From NCBI GenBank assembly GCA_003605065.1, contig QZJM01000004.1:4863-68862 (forward strand): a stretch of DNA of 64,000 nucleotides, read 5' to 3'. The DNA is from Dethiobacter sp. (GTDB lineage Bacteria > Bacillota > Dethiobacteria > DTU022 > UBA8154). The stretch's first letter is position 1, and every line of letters starts with the position of its first letter. Below the pieces are notes generated by a model, which saw only the letters and a program-made list of their open reading frames with translations, was not told the DNA's origin and searched no databases. Shown piece by piece: positions 61,542 to 64,000 of this stretch. A program made the position numbers and the translations under genes.

Positions 61542-62588
61542 ATGTCTTTTTATGAAACAATCTATACCCAGCTTCCAGAGGCCGTTATTCTTACAGACAA
61601 GCTTTATAGAATTGTATCCTTAAATAAAAAAGCTGAGGAAATTCTGGGGGTAAAAGAAGCAGATGCGCAGGGGATAAAGTTTTTAGAACTGGTGAATTCT
61701 CCCCAGATATATTCCTTGCTCGAGGAAACATTATTATTTTCCAGGTCGCCCAACCTTACTTACGAAAATTCGACAATTTTGTTGACCATAAGGGACAGGA
61801 AGAAATATTTTAAATTGTCCATGGTTCCCATATTCTTTTTCGATGAACTAAAATTTGTTCTTACGACGTTAACCGACATTACCATGTTAAAAGAAATCGA
61901 ACAAATTAAGACAGATTTTTTTGCCACGGCTTCTCACGAGTTCCGTACCCCTTTAACCTCCATTTTGATGGGAGTAGGGATCATCAAGACAGGCCAGCTG
62001 GGCGAACTTTCACCCCGGGGCAAAGAGATCCTGGAAGCAATTGAAGAAGATTGTGCCCGGCTTTTGAAACTGTCCAATAATTTGCTGGATCTTTCCCGTT
62101 TGGAGACAGGAATTATAGCCATGGAAATGGAAGACGCCAGTGTGTACAAAATGATCAAAGCTGCTCTGGGGACGTTAAAGCTGCAGGCTGAAAAAAGAAA
62201 CATAAAACTCTACACCAAGCTGCCTCCGGATTTACCGCTGGTCAAGGCCGATATTAATAAAATCATCTGGGTATTAACCAACCTGGTGGGCAACGCTTTG
62301 CGTTATACCAACGAAGGTGGTTCCATTACCGTTAGGGCTATTCGAAAAGGAACCAGGCTTTTTTGCTCTGTTATTGATACGGGGAAGGGAATTCCGGCGG
62401 AGTTTCATGAAAGGATTTTTCAGAAATACATCCAAATTAAGGATGAGGATTTTCCCAGCGGCGGAGCCGGGTTAGGGTTAACCATTTGCAAGGAAATTGT
62501 GGAGGCCCACGGTGGAGAGATCTGGGTAAAAAGTAAACCCGGTAAAGGATCAATTTTTACTTTTTCTATTCCGGTGAGCAGGAGTTAA
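61542..62588 (+). CDS. Cytoplasmic PAS sensor histidine kinase
   Basis: N-terminal PAS, SHEFRTPLT H-box, NLVGNA, DTGKGI and GAGLGL; no evident TM segment. Confidence 0.93.
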   Translation: MSFYETIYTQLPEAVILTDKLYRIVSLNKKAEEILGVKEADAQGIKFLELVNSPQIYSLLEETLLFSRSPNLTYENSTILLTIRDRKKYFKLSMVPIFFFDELKFVLTTLTDITMLKEIEQIKTDFFATASHEFRTPLTSILMGVGIIKTGQLGELSPRGKEILEAIEEDCARLLKLSNNLLDLSRLETGIIAMEMEDASVYKMIKAALGTLKLQAEKRNIKLYTKLPPDLPLVKADINKIIWVLTNLVGNALRYTNEGGSITVRAIRKGTRLFCSVIDTGKGIPAEFHERIFQKYIQIKDEDFPSGGAGLGLTICKEIVEAHGGEIWVKSKPGKGSIFTFSIPVSRS

Positions 62589-62623
62589 TAAGCTATATTC
62601 TTGTCATAAAAGGAGGAAAAAAT

Positions 62624-62995
62624 TTGAAAGGTATGAAAAAGGTTCTGCTGGTTGAAGATGAAAAAAATATTATTTTAGGTGTAAAAACCTGCCTGGAATT
62701 AGCGAATTATAAAGCTGTCGTGGTTCAGGACGGAGAAAAAGCCATTGAAGCTGCCGTTAAAGAGCAGCCTGATCTTATCCTGCTGGATCTGATGCTGCCC
62801 AAGATTGACGGTTTTGAAGTTTGCCGGCAGCTTAAATCCCGGGAAGACACCAGGAATATCCCTATTGTTGTTTTGACCGCCAAAACTGGGGAAGAGGACC
62901 GGGATAAAGCCAGGATGGCTGGGGCTGATTCCTACATGACCAAGCCTTTTCGCCCTGAAGAACTCTGGCAGGAAATTAAGCGTTTTATTGTATAA
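62624..62995 (+). CDS. Single-domain response regulator
   Basis: LLVEDE, LDLMLP, LTA and TKPF; no output domain. Confidence 0.93.
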   Translation: MKGMKKVLLVEDEKNIILGVKTCLELANYKAVVVQDGEKAIEAAVKEQPDLILLDLMLPKIDGFEVCRQLKSREDTRNIPIVVLTAKTGEEDRDKARMAGADSYMTKPFRPEELWQEIKRFIV

Positions 62996-63073
62996 TATTT
63001 TCAAAACCTGCCATATTATGGATGAAATAATTCAAATTCTTTGTGGCAAAGGGTGCGAAAGATCAGATATAAA

Positions 63074-63113
63074 AAAGGGATTGCTCTAAATTAACTTTTG
63101 GAGCAATCCCTTT
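63074..63113. terminator. Terminator between convergent genes, possibly bidirectional
   Basis: AAAGGGATTGCTC...GAGCAATCCCTTT, with an A run to the left and Ts to the right. Confidence 0.75.
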
Positions 63114-63128
63114 ATGCTTGTTTTACAC

Positions 63129-64000
63129 TTATTTCTGTTCACATAAATTTAGCAGCTTTTCCCATTCGGCATCAACATTTTCCTGGATAGCTTTCAGGAT
63201 GTCTTTATTTTCTTCCTGGAAGAGATGGGCAAAACGGCCCTGTGTTTTCAGATAACCTTCCACGGGTTGTTTCTTCACTTTTGCCGTTAAATTCCACTTG
63301 CCGTTTTCCACCTCGTAAAGGGGCCAGATACAGGCTTGTACAGCCATCTTTGCCATTTCCACCGTTTTTTCCATGGGATACCGCCAGCCGCGGTGGCAAG
63401 GTGATAGGACATTGATGAAAGCAGGGCCGTCGGCGGCAAAGGCCTTTTGGGCTTTACGCACCAGGTCTCTCCAGTGGCTGATGGAGGCCTGGGCTACGTA
63501 GGGGATGTTATGGGCAGCGGCAATAGCTGTCATATCTTTACGGTTTTCTTTTTTGCCGGAGCTATACCTGCCATAGGGGCTTGTCGTGGTCCAGCTCCCC
63601 ATAATGGTTGCTCCGGAGCGTTGAATTCCCGTATTCATATAGGCTTCGTTGTTATAACATACGTAAACCAGGCGGTGTCCCCTCTCCAGCGTTCCGGAAA
63701 GGGCCTGCAGCCCGATATCATAGGTCCCACCGTCTCCCCCGAAAACCACAAAGCGAAAATCTTCCTTAATTTTGCCCTGCTTTTTCAGGGTCTGGTAAGC
63801 GGCTTCTGCTCCGCTTAAAGTTGCGGCGGCATTTTCAAATGCACTGTGGATATAAGAGGTATTCCATGCAGTGTAAGGATAAATACTGGTAGAAACCTCC
63901 AGGCATCCCGTTGGATTGGCTATGACCAGCTTGACATCGTCCGGCACTCCCATCAAAATTTGCCTGACAGCGATGGAGGCCCCGCAACCTGCACATAAGC
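63129..64000 (-). CDS. porB: Pyruvate/2-oxoacid:ferredoxin oxidoreductase beta subunit (5' end outside the window)
   Basis: LCAGCG at the window edge, TGCLEV, FENAAA, GGDGGTYDIG...NEAYMNTG and SPCHRGW. Confidence 0.93.
   Translation of the reverse strand, partial: LCAGCGASIAVRQILMGVPDDVKLVIANPTGCLEVSTSIYPYTAWNTSYIHSAFENAAATLSGAEAAYQTLKKQGKIKEDFRFVVFGGDGGTYDIGLQALSGTLERGHRLVYVCYNNEAYMNTGIQRSGATIMGSWTTTSPYGRYSSGKKENRKDMTAIAAAHNIPYVAQASISHWRDLVRKAQKAFAADGPAFINVLSPCHRGWRYPMEKTVEMAKMAVQACIWPLYEVENGKWNLTAKVKKQPVEGYLKTQGRFAHLFQEENKDILKAIQENVDAEWEKLLNLCEQK

Noticed and set aside
61150-64000. Genomic island integrated at ssrA
   Set aside because: No integrase and no duplicated tmRNA 3' end within the window; the native terminator follows ssrA.

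Overview
This is a 64-kb stretch of an anaerobic Bacillota (clostridia-like) chromosome, with almost all genes on the + strand. Positions 1-7.8 kb are the tail of an accessory CoA-dependent catabolic cluster: an acyl-CoA dehydrogenase, a three-subunit 4-hydroxybenzoyl-CoA-reductase-like molybdoenzyme, a CoA ligase and a truncated small Cys protein. This cluster ends in IS66 and ISAs1 debris. From 8 kb the window follows the conserved Firmicutes backbone: csp-hpf-secA-prfB (+1 frameshift)-yitT, ftsEX-M23 peptidase-S41 protease-minJ, uvrBAC, rapZ-yvcK-whiA-rpoN-cggR-gap-pgk-tpiA-gpmI-eno-secG-(hppA)-rnr-smpB-ssrA, ending in a partial porB on the - strand. The most interesting insertion lies between hpf and secA. 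It is a four-gene operon encoding a CofC-like/NTP-transferase-fold protein, a HisD paralogue, a HisB paralogue and a HAD phosphatase, and both His paralogues have altered active-site motifs, which suggests an uncharacterised pathway. A second insertion is a ~2.3-kb islet bounded by a duplicated minJ 3' end, carrying a c-di-GMP-I riboswitch, a PAS-GGDEF-HD-GYP gene and unannotated HD-GYP and RsbT remnants. Other oddities are an apparent ATA start for smpB, a G11-frameshifted PHP phosphatase, two highly structured intergenic elements, tandem repeats overlapping the end of cggR, and a GAPDH lacking the NAD-specific Asp. All family assignments come from recognising motifs by eye; no searches were run.
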